Source: Trichoplax adhaerens (lineage: Eukaryota; Animalia; Placozoa). Taken from it: a DNA stretch of 64,000 bases. The stretch lies in contig NW_002060949.1 in the NCBI RefSeq assembly GCF_000150275.1, forward strand, positions 803,836-867,835. Reading direction: 5' to 3'. Every line of letters begins with the position of its first letter. Within the stretch, counting starts at the first letter, position 1. Below, one piece after another: positions 1-13,500 of the stretch. Made by a program: the position numbers and the translations under genes. The notes beneath the pieces are model-generated. The model saw nothing but the letters and a program-made list of their open reading frames with translations. It made no database searches and was not told where the DNA came from.

Positions 1-102
1 GGTTTTAAGCCTGATGAATTCATCTTAGATTTTTACGATAAGTATTTACCGGAGGATAGTACCGATTGTAGACATGCTTTTTTTCTACGTCTGAAGCGAT
101 AA
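1..102 (+). CDS. KAT14: 3' end (last exon, partial) of KAT14/CSRP2BP (ATAC2) GNAT acetyltransferase
   Basis: Frame 1 reads GFKPDEFILDFYDKYLPEDSTDCRHAFFLRLKR* (TAA 100-102). This matches the recalled CSRP2BP C-terminus GFKxEEyvLDFYDKYyPxxSxxCkHAFFLRLrR. It is too short for the ORF track. Confidence 0.85.
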   Translation, partial: GFKPDEFILDFYDKYLPEDSTDCRHAFFLRLKR

Positions 103-947
103 CTTACGAATTTTTGATGGCCATATAAATTCAGAGTCTAAGAGCAATGGTTTTTTTTTTCAAAATAATCTTGAACGAACAATGTAAATATAAAGCAGTA
201 TTAAATTTTTAAATTAAAATACTGATTGTATATAACAAATATGTACCTATATAAATACTTGTATATCCATATTATAGATGAAGAAATAGTAGTTATCTAT
301 TGTATGTATGTTTTTGGAGTAAAAATGTTAACTTGTGATTTATTCTTCTGCACTTTATTCTGACATCTACGAGTCTGGCGTACTAATAAAGACAACCGTT
401 TATCAAATAATTCTTAAATTTTAGAAACAGTTATTTACTTTAGTTATGCACAGAGCGATAAAAATAAGTTATGACAATCATAAAGTGTAATTTTACGAAA
501 CATTTATTGATTTAAATTTTGTTATAATACAGAGAATTCATCGTCGTCATGTTTATTGTCAAGATTACTTAAAAGTTAAGTTGTAAAATGAATCTTAACT
601 ACATCTGTATTTATATAATATGTCGCGTTCCTACAAAAAATGAAATATCCTAATATTTCGATTGTTATGTCTTCATCTTAAAGTTGATACTGTCATCTTT
701 AGTACGTATGATTTGGATTATCAATATAACATGAGTGAGACTCGTATCATTCTTGAAAGTTACCCTACTCAATAGAGTAGACCTTATTCAGTATATCATG
801 ACACATATTCTTATTTACATTATGCATGATGATAAATATGGAGGTTTTAAATTTTATCGACTAAACTGTATAAAGATATCAGATCCCGTTAGACTTGTAG
901 CTATTACAAAAGTTTTATGCAAAATAGAATCAACTAAGATCGTGCGA

Positions 948-3900
948 TTACATTATAGCAGCGAGTGGATGAGATTTAGCCTGATTAGAAGAGGGTCTTG
1001 CATTGGCACTTTCCTCTAACTCCTGTAATTTAGCGCGTAGTTTGGTTAATTCAGCTTTTTGCATGCCAATAATTTTTTTATCTTCACCGACAAATGGTTC
1101 TGCTGTAATAGAACCTTGCAAGCTGGCAATTCTATTATGACTAGTAGTATCACTACTTCCAATTGATCTTCTTGATTCATAGAAATTCTCTAGATCTTGT
1201 ACTAAATTTCTTGATATCTTAACTTCACGCCTCAAATCATTAATTTCTCTGATTAGAGATACATTTTCCTGAAAACAAAAAAGAAATGTGTTAATTTAGG
1301 AGCTGCATTTTATAGCTACTCTTTTCAACAGTATTTATATTTCTAGCAACGGATAAGTTTCGGTACAGCCCCAACAATGAATTCTTTACTCTCGTATGTT
1401 GAGTTTTAAATGTATTATCTAATTCTAATCGTTCCTATTTATTATATTTACTTGTACGCATATTTGAGTGTCATAATTTAAGCGTAAAATTTCTACTACG
1501 TGACAACTGCTGCTGTTCATCGATAACTTTACTATATGAATAGGTCAAAATATTTACCTGCATAATTCGCACGTTATCAATTCGGTGTATTTCTGAATCC
1601 TTCGATAACTTTTTACGAAGAGAAGCAACACTACGTTCTAAATGTTCACGTTGTCTTGCGTGCTCTCTCTGGATATCATTATCCAAGTTGACAACATCTC
1701 TCTAGATAGATTAAGTAAATGGAATATTTAGGTTGAGTTATTCATTCATAAAGATTAACTATTCGTAAGTATGAATATTGAACAACTCCAAGCTATTACT
1801 TAAAAACTGAGAGCTCTAGCATCTATATTTGCTATATGTAATATTTACCGTTTCATTTTGTATAAACTTGTTATAGAGTCCAACAATGGTGTCTTTTAAA
1901 GGTTTTTGGTCTCCGACATTGCTGTAGCAATCGTGTAAATCAACCTTGAATCTTCTTAAAGTGGCTTCGCTATCTCGTAACTAATGAATGGTTAATAGAA
2001 AGACAGCACAACTGGGTTAGCACTATCTAAATAATTTCAAGGATCTTCTATCTCATTCTTATGGAATATTTACTCCAATTAAACGTTACATGGAATGATT
2101 AAAAATTGGCCTTGTGAGCATTTTACAAAAGTAACAATGGTATAATCTATGTGCAAAAGTTTGTTTCTTACCCGCAGATTTTCTGTATTTAGTTCCTTAT
2201 CCGAAGCTTTCAGTTTTAATCGTAGCTCAGATATGTTTAAATCGAGAATCATGTTTTGTTTGTGGAATCTTTCCAATTCATTTTCCATCTAATCGAAACA
2301 ATCAAATTCTAAATTAACTTTATTTAGCTTGTGATGTCATAATGGAATCGCGAGAAGAATTTACAAAGCTAAAATCTGTGGCTGCTTTAGTATCTTGTAA
2401 TGCATTTCTACTCAACTTTAAATCATCCAGTAATTTAGAAAATATCATTACTACTTAGATATACAATTCTTTACTACTCTATTGTTTAATTTCAAATTAT
2501 CATGTTACAGTGAAGAAAAACCTATATAAACTAAGACTAGGTGCTATGCTATAGTACTCTGAATGCATTTTCAAATTATAATCTCAAGCAGTCATATTAT
2601 GAAGAGCTTTCTTAAATATTGCTTTACTGCGCTATAAATCAATCTCGATAGATTGGTGCTATATCATAATTTAATCTATCGTTATAATAATTAATACTAC
2701 TGTTCACCTCTTGAATTTGTTCTTTCATAGATGTAATATCATTCTCACGCGGTTCAATTTGTTTTTTCAATTCTTTAATTTTATAATCTAATACAAATTT
2801 AAATTTTTCCAATTCCTGATTTTTCTTTTTCAGATCATAAATTCGTTTTTCCTAAAAAAATGTTGTGGGTTTAGCGCTACATTCTTGTAAATGAATATTC
2901 TTTTAGAGACGGTATTCAAATATACATAGTGGCAGATTCACTAGGAAATTATCCATCTTATATCAGTGTTTACCTTATCCTGGATGGTTTCATCTCGTTC
3001 TTGAATTTCTTTTTGCAATCCTGCAATATCTTTCTCTAAGGATTTGATGATATTTTGTAATTTCACTTGTTCGCCTTGATTACTTTTGATGTTGGATTTG
3101 TGTTCATCAATTTCTTTTTGCAGTGAGGAAAACTATCATCATAAAAGTAAGGTTTAACGTAGGATATGTTTTCAGTTATATAAAAACTATTTTCAAATTT
3201 CAACGCATAGTTCTTTATCGTTCAGTAGCAGTATCGCTACCATTTCCTTACAAAATAATTTATTACCCATGCTAGCTAGAATTGCAGTCTAATATTGCTA
3301 AGATTATTTACAACTCGTCTAATATCTAAACTACTTAAATATTAAGTTTGATTATGGCCGCAATGGCCAACGTATAGTGTATAAGTTGGAAGTTTATAAC
3401 TTTTATGTAATCACTTTAAAAGAAGAGTAGCCATCGTTCATTGATCAACAAATGTAGTATAATCAATAACTGCTAACATTAATTTAAACTTTTGCGCTAA
3501 TTTTATTTAATGTTATCGGATTATCTTTGAATTATTCTATAACTGAGTTTCATATATATCAAGTTTTATTATAATCATCGACAGAAAAGTATCCTATACA
3601 ATTCCCTAGCTTATAATAGACTGTTTGAGCATGATTATGATATGGAACGAAATTTTCAACGCGATACTTACTCGTTGTCGCATTTTTTTAGTATCTTCTT
3701 TTAATCTTTTATTGGAATCGCCTTCATCTCGTAGTCGTCGTTCATATTTGTTCTTAATATCTAGAATTTCTCTTTCTGAATCTTCTTCAATCAGTCTCTT
3801 GATTTCTTCATATTCTCTGGTCAATTTCTGTTGTTCACCATTAGCCTAAAGAATAAGCTAGTGATTAATGATAGATCGAGAATAGATCATATGCTATATA

Positions 3901-6900
3901 AATGTCGAAAAATTTTGAATGAAAAGGTCGATTTATTCATTACTTTTGTTATTAATTTTTATGTCATCACTTACATCTTCTAATTGACCTGTTTTATCGG
4001 TTAATTTATGCTCATAATATTGCGTTAATTCCTGCAATGCCTGTTCTTTCGATTCTTCCATTTCGTTTAGTTGGCGTTCATATTCCTAAGTAACGATTAT
4101 TAGAATTTAGTAGCAAGGCTTTTACAAGATAATTAAAGTAGTCTATAGAGTTTTTAAGTACTAGTATTGTGGATCGTTTAATTTGAAGTGGATTAAAAAA
4201 CTCACTTAAAAGGATCGATAAAATGCTCAAGTATTTAGCTTTGTTACCTCTTGCATTTTCTGGCTCTTGGACTGTAATTCTTGATACTTTTCATATTCTG
4301 ACATTAATTTTTGACTATTGGCAATTTCTATTGCGATAATAAATGGAAAATGGACTATTTTTTAAACTAGAATCATACATTATGAGGCATAGATTAAATT
4401 AGATGGTAAATTAGTAGGAAAGAATATTAAAAGTTAGGCTTACCTGACTCCTGTACTTCTTCGTTATGCTTTTCTAGGATGTCGTCGACTTGTTCATTAT
4501 AGCGCTTATCTTCTTTTTCCTTTTCCATTTTTAAAGTTTGATTTTTAATTTTTAATGATTCCATTTCTTGAATAAATTTCTCTGTCAGTTCTTTAATTTT
4601 TTCATTATAGTTCATATCTTTTAATCGTAGTTGATATTCATTCTCCATTTTTAATTCATCCACTCGAGTTTTTAAATTAATCATCATTGCATTCTAAAAT
4701 AGTTTAAGGTTGAAGAAGTAGCCATTTTAATTTTTAACATTATTTTATAGTGCATCAACTCGATGTAGTGTATACATATTAGTCTAGAGATATATTTTAA
4801 AACTAGGGCAATGCACATAAAACTGAAAGGTCTTAAATTTCTCGTCATTATTACTTCGTATAGTATTCCAATGATTAAAGACTAAGCATTTTGAATTTCA
4901 AGATAACTATATATGGCAAAGACTTTAATTTTATTATCATAATGTAGAATCACACGATATTATAAGGGTCAAAGAATAGATTTTGAATTTTTATGTTATG
5001 GTGGTCGAATTAAAACATCGTCTAGGTCAAGATTGATCCATGATATTTTTTGATGCAGTTAAGCCAATGATCATGAAAATAAGACTAAACCCTTAGACGA
5101 CTTAATACTTTTATCGTGATGTTCTGAACTAGTTTAAGGATAAAAATAATAACCATTTCAATTTCCTAGTCACTCTGTATCGACTAGATAAGGGAGTTGA
5201 AGAGCAGCTATTTTTAAATTACTTTCCCATCACACCTAATGGCTCTACGTATGTTCGTTATGGACTTTTCTTGGAGAAATTAAGGAATACGCGTGACAGA
5301 AAATTTTATAAGTAGGCGACCTTACCTTTCCTTGCAAATCGCGTTTCGTAATTAATATCTCTTCGGCATGGGTGATTTCCTTATCTCGCTTTAAGCCACG
5401 TCCATCTTTATCGATAATTTTGTAAATGTAGAAACTCCCATCTTCGCTAGCAGACAGCAAGTAATTATCATCGGAAGAAATTTTCATCTAATCCAATATC
5501 AGTAAAACAATGTTACTAGAGAGCTTGACGATTGAAATCAACCATAATCTATGTACAAGGTATACTATTATCGCTCACTACTAATTCTGACAATTATATA
5601 TGGTATCATAACGATCAATAACGAATGAAATATGTTATTCACTAGCTTTAAATGAAGCTTTTTACGTATCAAGGGTTGTAAAATAAATTAAAGTTAAGTG
5701 CTTACCTTAGTAACGGCAGCGCTGTGTGCCTGATATTCTTGCGAATCGCCCGATGGAGTTAAGGGATATTTGATTGAGCGGATAGTACCTAAATTGGTAG
5801 CTCCAAATAACATTCGAGAGCTGTTGGAGAGGACAACTTGGGTGAAGATTGCTTCACCAGTTTGGATCTCCCGTAAAATTTGGGAGTCACAAATTTCCTT
5901 CAAAGTACGATCTGATCCAACAGCATAAACTGTGCGTCCTTCAGATGCAATAACAACATCGGAATAGCTACAAGTCTTTAAAACGTTTTCACTTTCACGT
6001 TTTCCTGTAATTAATGACCATTCACAAATAGCCCCATCCATGCCACAAGAAACAATCTTGCTATCCTCAGCATTAAATCGCACAGCTTTAACCTAGGTAT
6101 AAATTAGAATTTTGTCGACTTTTATTAAAATACCGACGGAATATTTTTGAATTTCTTCCCTTTAAACAGAATCTGAAATATTTTATTATCTAAACTAATT
6201 GTAAATAGTACTTTAAGAAGGCTCATTAAATTATTTTATAATGCAATAACCATTCATTCGGCTATGGTAAACTACATCTATATATCAGGGATCAGAAATT
6301 TACCCTACTGATACTGCTCTACAAGAAATATGTAGATTACATCAAGTACTTGTAATTATAACTTCTAAGAATACTATGATATTTATTATTTAACATATAG
6401 ATGGAAAGAATAGTGATTTTATCGGATTTACACGATATAGAATAAATTATTTGATAATGAAATACTCGATCGTTATTGTTGGCATTTACCTTGCCGTTAT
6501 GGCCTTTCAAGTTCATGACATTTTCAAATGTAGATGTCGAGTAGAGTTGAACAATATTACCATGAACTGCAGCGAATAGATGGCCTCCATTACTAAATGA
6601 ACACTATCCAATGTAGGTAATCAAGAATAAAAATGTTTAAGAAGAGCTCATGCTTATCTATTTAAAATATCTCTAATTGATTATCCTGTACACTTGCTAT
6701 GAAACTAATAGTAAGATAAAATACTAACAAATCTTAGGTAAGCGAATTAGTAAATAATTTTATATTACCTCGCGACAACCACGGATGGTAAACTCTTTAA
6801 AAGAGCTAATATCATCAATTAGCAGATTCATTAGACGAAGTTTATCACTAAATCCAACTAATACGTATAAACCGGACGGGTGCAAAGCAATACTGAAGGC

Positions 6901-9110
6901 TTCTTCCTGAAATTCCTTGTATAATTCCAATGATCTAAGAAAAGTTATGGGACCGTGGTTAGGTTTTATCGTTTACTCTCTATTATAAACAAACAGAAAT
7001 GGTATTTTCCTACTAAAAGTGTACCTCAAATGTAAGTTATCTACAGCTTTAAGTAAAGGAATGTTTTAAAAATAGAAACACACTTAAAAGTGTGTTTAGC
7101 ATTGATTTAAAACTAAACTCGATAGTATAAGTCAATAGAGTCTGAGAGAATTATGTCAATCTAGTTAATTGCAGGCATCGTGACTTCTTTTGCTTACCCA
7201 GTTTCGTAATTCCAAATTCTGACTGATCGATCCATCGAGCAGGTAGCGACAAGGGGTTTACGTACGCAAATATCAAGGCCACTGATAACATGATGATGAA
7301 AGGAGCAAGAAAGTAACTCAAAACTAATAATCTCCCCCTATTAAAATAAATGGATGTTTACTCATTGAAAACAGATACTTTTCTTCTATTACTTATACTT
7401 TACATACCTTGGCCATATCTGCTGATGATAGAGAAATGGTATAAAGTTGATTGTCGCTACTGCTACAAATTAAATTTTCTTCCGATGGGCTAATAGTTAT
7501 AGTTTTAATACTAGGTGAATGTTTAACTGTTTCCTCTTTTCTCAAGGATGATGAAGGTAACGCCATTTCTCTCGTCTTTCTATAAGTATCTTTTTCATCG
7601 GTTTTCTCGAAAGTATACGCCGATCCATTCGCACAACCACATATAAATCCTTTAGTATAACTAACGATACTGTGAATAGCTAAGCGATCATCAATTATTT
7701 TATCTTCCATAATTGTATTTGTCGTCGATCTAAGACCATTTCAGATAGTAAATTCAATAATTAATTTTAAAGCAATATTTTTCTACGGTCCAAAGTTTGA
7801 AACGATTAGTATCTTAAGACAAATTAACCTTACCGCTGGCGTGATTCGGCAGTCGGACTAACGATGCTAAATTCATTTTTTAATTCACCGGCTTCTAGTA
7901 GAAGTAATCTACCAGAATCAGTTCCAACGATAATTTTGTCATCACTCAACCAGCTCTGACTTAAATAGTTTTGTGGATCCATTTTTAAGAAAGCAAACTG
8001 CTTTAAATTGCCTTCATTATAACGAAATAATTTAAATATTCCGCTTCCAGTTACGCAAACTTGAGAATTATCTTGAGGATTGAATGTAACCTAATTGGTG
8101 TTAAGTTAATCCAGTATTAATATTAAAATTTCATATCATGTGTGCCTAAAAAATGATGGTGCAGCTCTAACAAGCAATGAAATTCTACGTTAAAAATTAT
8201 CCTACTCTATCTTAAACAACCCTGGGGATTATGTTTTATTTTATAAATCATTTGATCATCCATCAATTTCAAACGATGCAAAATTTATAGCTTTAGACAA
8301 TAATTATTAGATATGATGAATCAAATATTTTTTAGTAAATTTATCGTCAAAGCGTTGAAAGTGTTATGTATTTCGAATTCTATCTAGAATATGTGGATTA
8401 AATATTACGCGTATATATATACATATGCGAACTTCGTTGACTTTCCATTCTTAAAAACGTTCATTATCACATCTCAAAACGAATTAAACTGTCATTATTT
8501 TAATTTTAGATTATAATACTACTAGCAAACATAATCAAGTATATACAAGCAGTTGCAATGTAATCAAGGATGACGATCCCAATCTAATGATCTCGCTCAA
8601 ATTTTAAATAAATCTTGTATTTCTTGCAAGTTGAATTATTACCTGATAAATTGTGGCATTGTGCTGATTAGTTGTCTTGACGCAAGCTAATGGTTTCGAT
8701 TTTTCCCATGTCCAATAAGTTAATGTCCAATCGGGCTTACCACTCTGTGTTACTAGATATTTAGAATCTGGTGAAAATGCCATGCTAACGTACTCATTAG
8801 ATGTACATTCCGGTAATGTTAAGACCTTCTTTCGTTTTAAAGAGTGAATATCATAGATATTGATGGTAGGCTTATCTCCTCGTTCAGCAATAGCAACATA
8901 GCGCCTATTCGTACTAACAGCAATTGCTGATGTGTACTGACTTTTCTCCGATCCAATGATAAATTTTTGACTTCTTTGATCGACATTATAGACAACGCAG
9001 TTCGATCCAACAGGGTAAACGATGGATTGCTCGTCTAAATAGCTAACTGTGTCTCTTAGATCACCTTTTAAGCCAAATACGTAACGATGCGATAATTGTG
9101 CTAAAGCCAT
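948..9110 (-). CDS. CFAP57: CFAP57/WDR65 (WD40 plus coiled-coil axonemal protein), paralogue A, the divergent copy; 18 coding exons
   Basis: ATG at 9110 ([16 protein letters not shown]). Exon 1 is 9110-8643, exon 2 is 8090-7834, and the last exon ends AAIM* at 948. All 17 introns are GT-AG and the phases join. Hallmark motifs: [92 protein letters not shown]. Confidence 0.93.
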
Positions 9111-9410
9111 CTTTACTCTTGAATACGATAATTTAAAAAGATTGTAATAGTTATCAACCTGTTATTACAGTATTAACAATCAGTAAACTAAATTATGTCT
9201 AAGTAATGATGGACGATAATTAGTAATCGCTTAGCAGCGAGGCAAATGCCAAAATTTTCTATCAGTTATTTTTTTACCAAGTACAGTAAACCAATACAAC
9301 ATTAAATATATCAAGAAACTGTTGAAAAGGAGGCAGTAACTTGATTTCATTAACTGTATTACAATATTTATCCAATCACGGATAACAACAGGTAGTCACT
9401 AACGGTAACT

Positions 9411-9423
9411 GTTGCTAGGTAAC
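9411..9423. promoter_or_regulatory. RFX X-box upstream of CFAP57-A
   Basis: GTTGCTAGGTAAC is a 13-bp X-box (GTTGCY-N-RGYAAC type) about 300 bp upstream of the ATG. It is flanked by MYB-like TAACGG/AACTG (9400-9411) and a CCAAT box (9372-9376). Confidence 0.7.
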
Positions 9424-10528
9424 GACATTAGATTTATAATTTTGTTATTTAAATTTATTCATATTGAACATCATGGAAGGATGTAATAGTCTAATTAATT
9501 ACTTGAATAAATTAAACTGAATAATAGACAGTTATAGTATTGACAACACTGAATTTGAGAATACTATCTTGTAAGGAGATATTTGGTATGTTTGCGTTAT
9601 GGTATAGCGTAAAGCAATTTAGAGTTGTAGTCATAAGTCTCTACTTTATTTTCTCGGACGAGATGAGTGTATGAATTAAAGTGCGGATATACTCGTAGCT
9701 AACAGTTTGATATTCTACTATGTAGTTCAATTGATATCTTATATCGAGTTCATCTCGCTAACACTACTTTGAAGCATCTGAATTCTTCGAAACAGCTTTT
9801 ACCTGAAAATAGCCTCAATCGATATCCTAAGAGTTTTCTAATATTTATAAGCCTATATATAGCATTTATAACTGAGCATATAAAATTATACAGTATTCGA
9901 TATATGTACATAGGTAATATCAAACGATATTAAATTAACCTTTAAGTTATAGCATCTTAACCAAGTAAAAGTTAAGATTAAAGAATCTTAAAATCAATGC
10001 GTTCTCAAAGTATATTTTATTGTATTTAGTCTGTCATCGAGTATATTAATATACATTATATTATAATCATGTTTAAAATTGTCGTTCGTTATAAAGAAAA
10101 CAATAAGTATGTTAAAGGAAGAATAATGGCAATCTTTAAACATATTCATGATGACCACCGATCTGAAACCGAAAAGACTAATGGTTTCTACAAATTTACT
10201 ACAATTTCATAGGGATAAAGTGCAGATACGCTATCTGAGGCAATATTACAACTTGTATCATATTTTACAGCTAGCTTTAAATAGGGAAACTCCATTTAGC
10301 TTAGAGTAGATACATTTACAGATCTTAAGATAATAAATATCAATGTTTTTATTTCTATTAGAAATAATACTGTTGTATTATAGTCGTTTTAATGCATTAG
10401 AGCTTAGTTTCTATAATCGTTTTTATATTTCTGATCATCTGTCTTGCATCATTGGGTAATATTTAAATCAGTTTCCAATTAGAATGAGAAACTTACAATA
10501 TATAATCCTATTTATCCTATTTGAATCA

Positions 10529-13500
10529 TTACTGTGCCGTAATTGAAGGTAAATGACCATTAGACGGAGGTCTGGTACTAATATGTTCTTCAATTTCTTG
10601 AATTTGGATTCTTAATTTGGCAATTTCAGCTTTTTGCATTTCAATAATTTTAACATCTTCTTCTCGTGTAGTTGCCTTATTTTTGTTAGTCATCGTTTGA
10701 GATGCTTGTGTCGCTAACAATTCTACACCTGTTCCTTTACGAACACCTAATGCAGCTTCAAGATCATTGATTTGTCCTCTTGAAAGTTTGAGTTCTTTCC
10801 TCAAGTCATTAATTTCTCTGATTAATGCGACATTTTCCTGTCAACATAAAAATCAAATTGTAAAAATTCAAACCTCATGGTAACTTTTCAGTGTAACAGT
10901 CAAAATGCAAGATCATGGTAATTATAAACTACTATCTTTGTCATTACCTGCATGATTTTGACATTATCAACTCGATGGATTTCAGAATCTTTTGATAGTT
11001 TTTTCCGTAAAGACGAGACGCTACGCTCCAAATGTTCTCTTTGCCTGGCGTATTCACGCTGAATATCATTATCGATGTTGGCTGCTTCGGGCTAAATGGA
11101 ATTCGATAAGAAAAAGCGTTAGTTATTTAATTAAGTAAATATTTAAGCGGTATTATCTTTGATTAAAGAAAGAGTAGTAATATATTAGAAAAGATGTCTT
11201 TAATATGAGGCGTACACTTACCGTATCATTTTGGACATATTTATCGTATAAATTCTCGATTGAGAATTTTAATTTATTGGGATCTTGTATGTATCGAACG
11301 CAATCGTGTAAATCAACTTTGAATTTCTTTAGCAATGCTTCACTATCACGAACCTGAAATAGATTATCGGTACGTTTATGTTAACGCATACCTTCGTTTA
11401 AGTAATCGATAATTTCTATCATTATTTTTTTATTGCTCTTTTTTGGATTTAAATATTTAAATGTTACTTGTATCGAACAAATAATAACCTTTTGCCTGGC
11501 GATCCTTAATTCTTTGTCGGTAGCTTTTAGTTTTAATCGTAATTCAGAGATATTTAATTCTAAATTGATATTTTGCTTATGGAATCTTTCCAATTCACTT
11601 TCCATCTAAATAAAGATTAACACACATTAGATATATCGATTTAGTATTAGAAAGAAATTATAAGGTGCAGTATAACTTAAAAAGTTTTAATTTTCTGCAA
11701 ATTGATTTGCACTGAGTTATTAGCATTTGAAAACAGATATAATTACTTCTTGGATCTGTTCTTTCATTGCTTTGATATCGTTTTCCCGTGGTTCTATTTG
11801 CTTTTTAAGCTCTTTGATTTTATAGTCTAGTACAAATTTAAATTTCTCCAATTCTTGATTTTTCTTTTTTAAGTCGTAAATACGTTTTTCCTATTAAAAA
11901 TTATTAATTTCAATATTATTTTTAAAGCCGACAACCTAATGATACAGGGGCCTAATATAAAAGTAATAGGACTAACTTTGTCTTGAATCGTTTCGTCTCG
12001 TTCTTGTATTTCTTTCTTTAGACCGGATATATCCTTTTCCAAAGATTTAATTATATTTTGAAGCTTAACGCGTTCTCCTTGTAGTTTTTTAATCTCTTCT
12101 TTATGCTCGTCAATCTCTTTCTGCAGACTAGTAAACTGTAATAAATTGTCATAAAAGTTAATAAGTTATACCTACAATCAACTAGAAATAGCTACTATCA
12201 GTCCACTTTCAATAGTTTACCTTCTTTCTCATTATTCCAGTTTCTCCTTTCAGCCTCAAATTAGCTTCTTTTTCATCGCGTAATCGGCGCTCGTACTTAT
12301 TCTTTATATCAACAATTTCTCTATCGACATCTTCCTCAATTTGCCTCTTCGTTTCATCATATTCTCTTGTTAGCTGCTGTTGTTCCTCATTAGCCTATAT
12401 GATACAAACAGGTACATTAATAATCTTATTTAGCGCCTAAGTCTCAATAACAATTCTTGAAATCCCATTTTAAGGTCCGATATTTACCTGTTCCAATTGA
12501 CTAGATTTCTCTTGTAGTTTATTCTCGTAATATTCTGTTAAATCCTGTAGGGATACTTCTTTAGATTCATCCATTTCATTTAATTGGCGTTCATATTCCT
12601 GATAAAATTACACAGAAAAATTATTTATCCGAATATTTCTTTACCATTTTTTAGTGCGATAACGAGATATTTCAAAAGCCATTTCAAACCTCCTGCATTT
12701 TTTGACTTTTAGCTTGTAATTCTTGGTATTTTTCGTATTCAGACATTAATTTTTGATTATTTGCCGATTCTAATAAATAACATTACAGCAATATTGCAAG
12801 TTGAGATTGCTGGTTATTGATATGCCTTCTGTCATGTTGTATATCTTATTTACCAAGATCTTGCAATTCTTTAGCGTGATCTTCTAGAACGTCGTGTATT
12901 TGTTCTTCATGTCTCGTTTCCTCTTTATCCTTTTCAGTTTTCAGAACTTGATTTTTTGTTTTTAATGATTCCATCTCTTGAATGAATTTTTCTGTTAATT
13001 CACGAATTTTTTCGTTATAATTCATATCTTTTAATCGTAATTGATATTCATTTTCCATTTTTAATTCATCAACTCTCGTTTTTAATTCTGTCATCATTGC
13101 ATTCTATAATTAAGTGAGCAGATCCTTTAGTATTTTACGATCCAAACTATGGTATGTAAAATAATTAGGCTACGAAATATACGACAAGCTTACTTTTTCT
13201 TCAAGGTCTGATTTAGTAATCAATATTTCCTCAGCAAATGCGACTTCTTTGTCCCGTTTTAATCCTCTACCTTCTTTTTCGCTAATTTTGAAAATATAGA
13301 AGCTTCCATCTTCACTTACTGAGAATAGATATTGGTCATCATACGAAATTCGTAGCTAAAATTTTAGGATTTGATCCAAAAATTGATTAGCGTGACATGT
13401 TATATGATAAATAATACTAGTTCAATAAGTTGATTTGTTACCTTTGCGACTCCAAGGGCATGAGCTTGATATTCTTGCCATTCTCCTGTTGCAGTTAGCG

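Noticed and set aside
735-1019. Plus-strand 94-aa ORF, and similar antisense ORFs at 3625, 14821, 18633, 20166, 40919, 41762 and 60474
   Set aside because: These are shadows of real exons or AT-rich UTR/intron sequence and show no recognisable domains.
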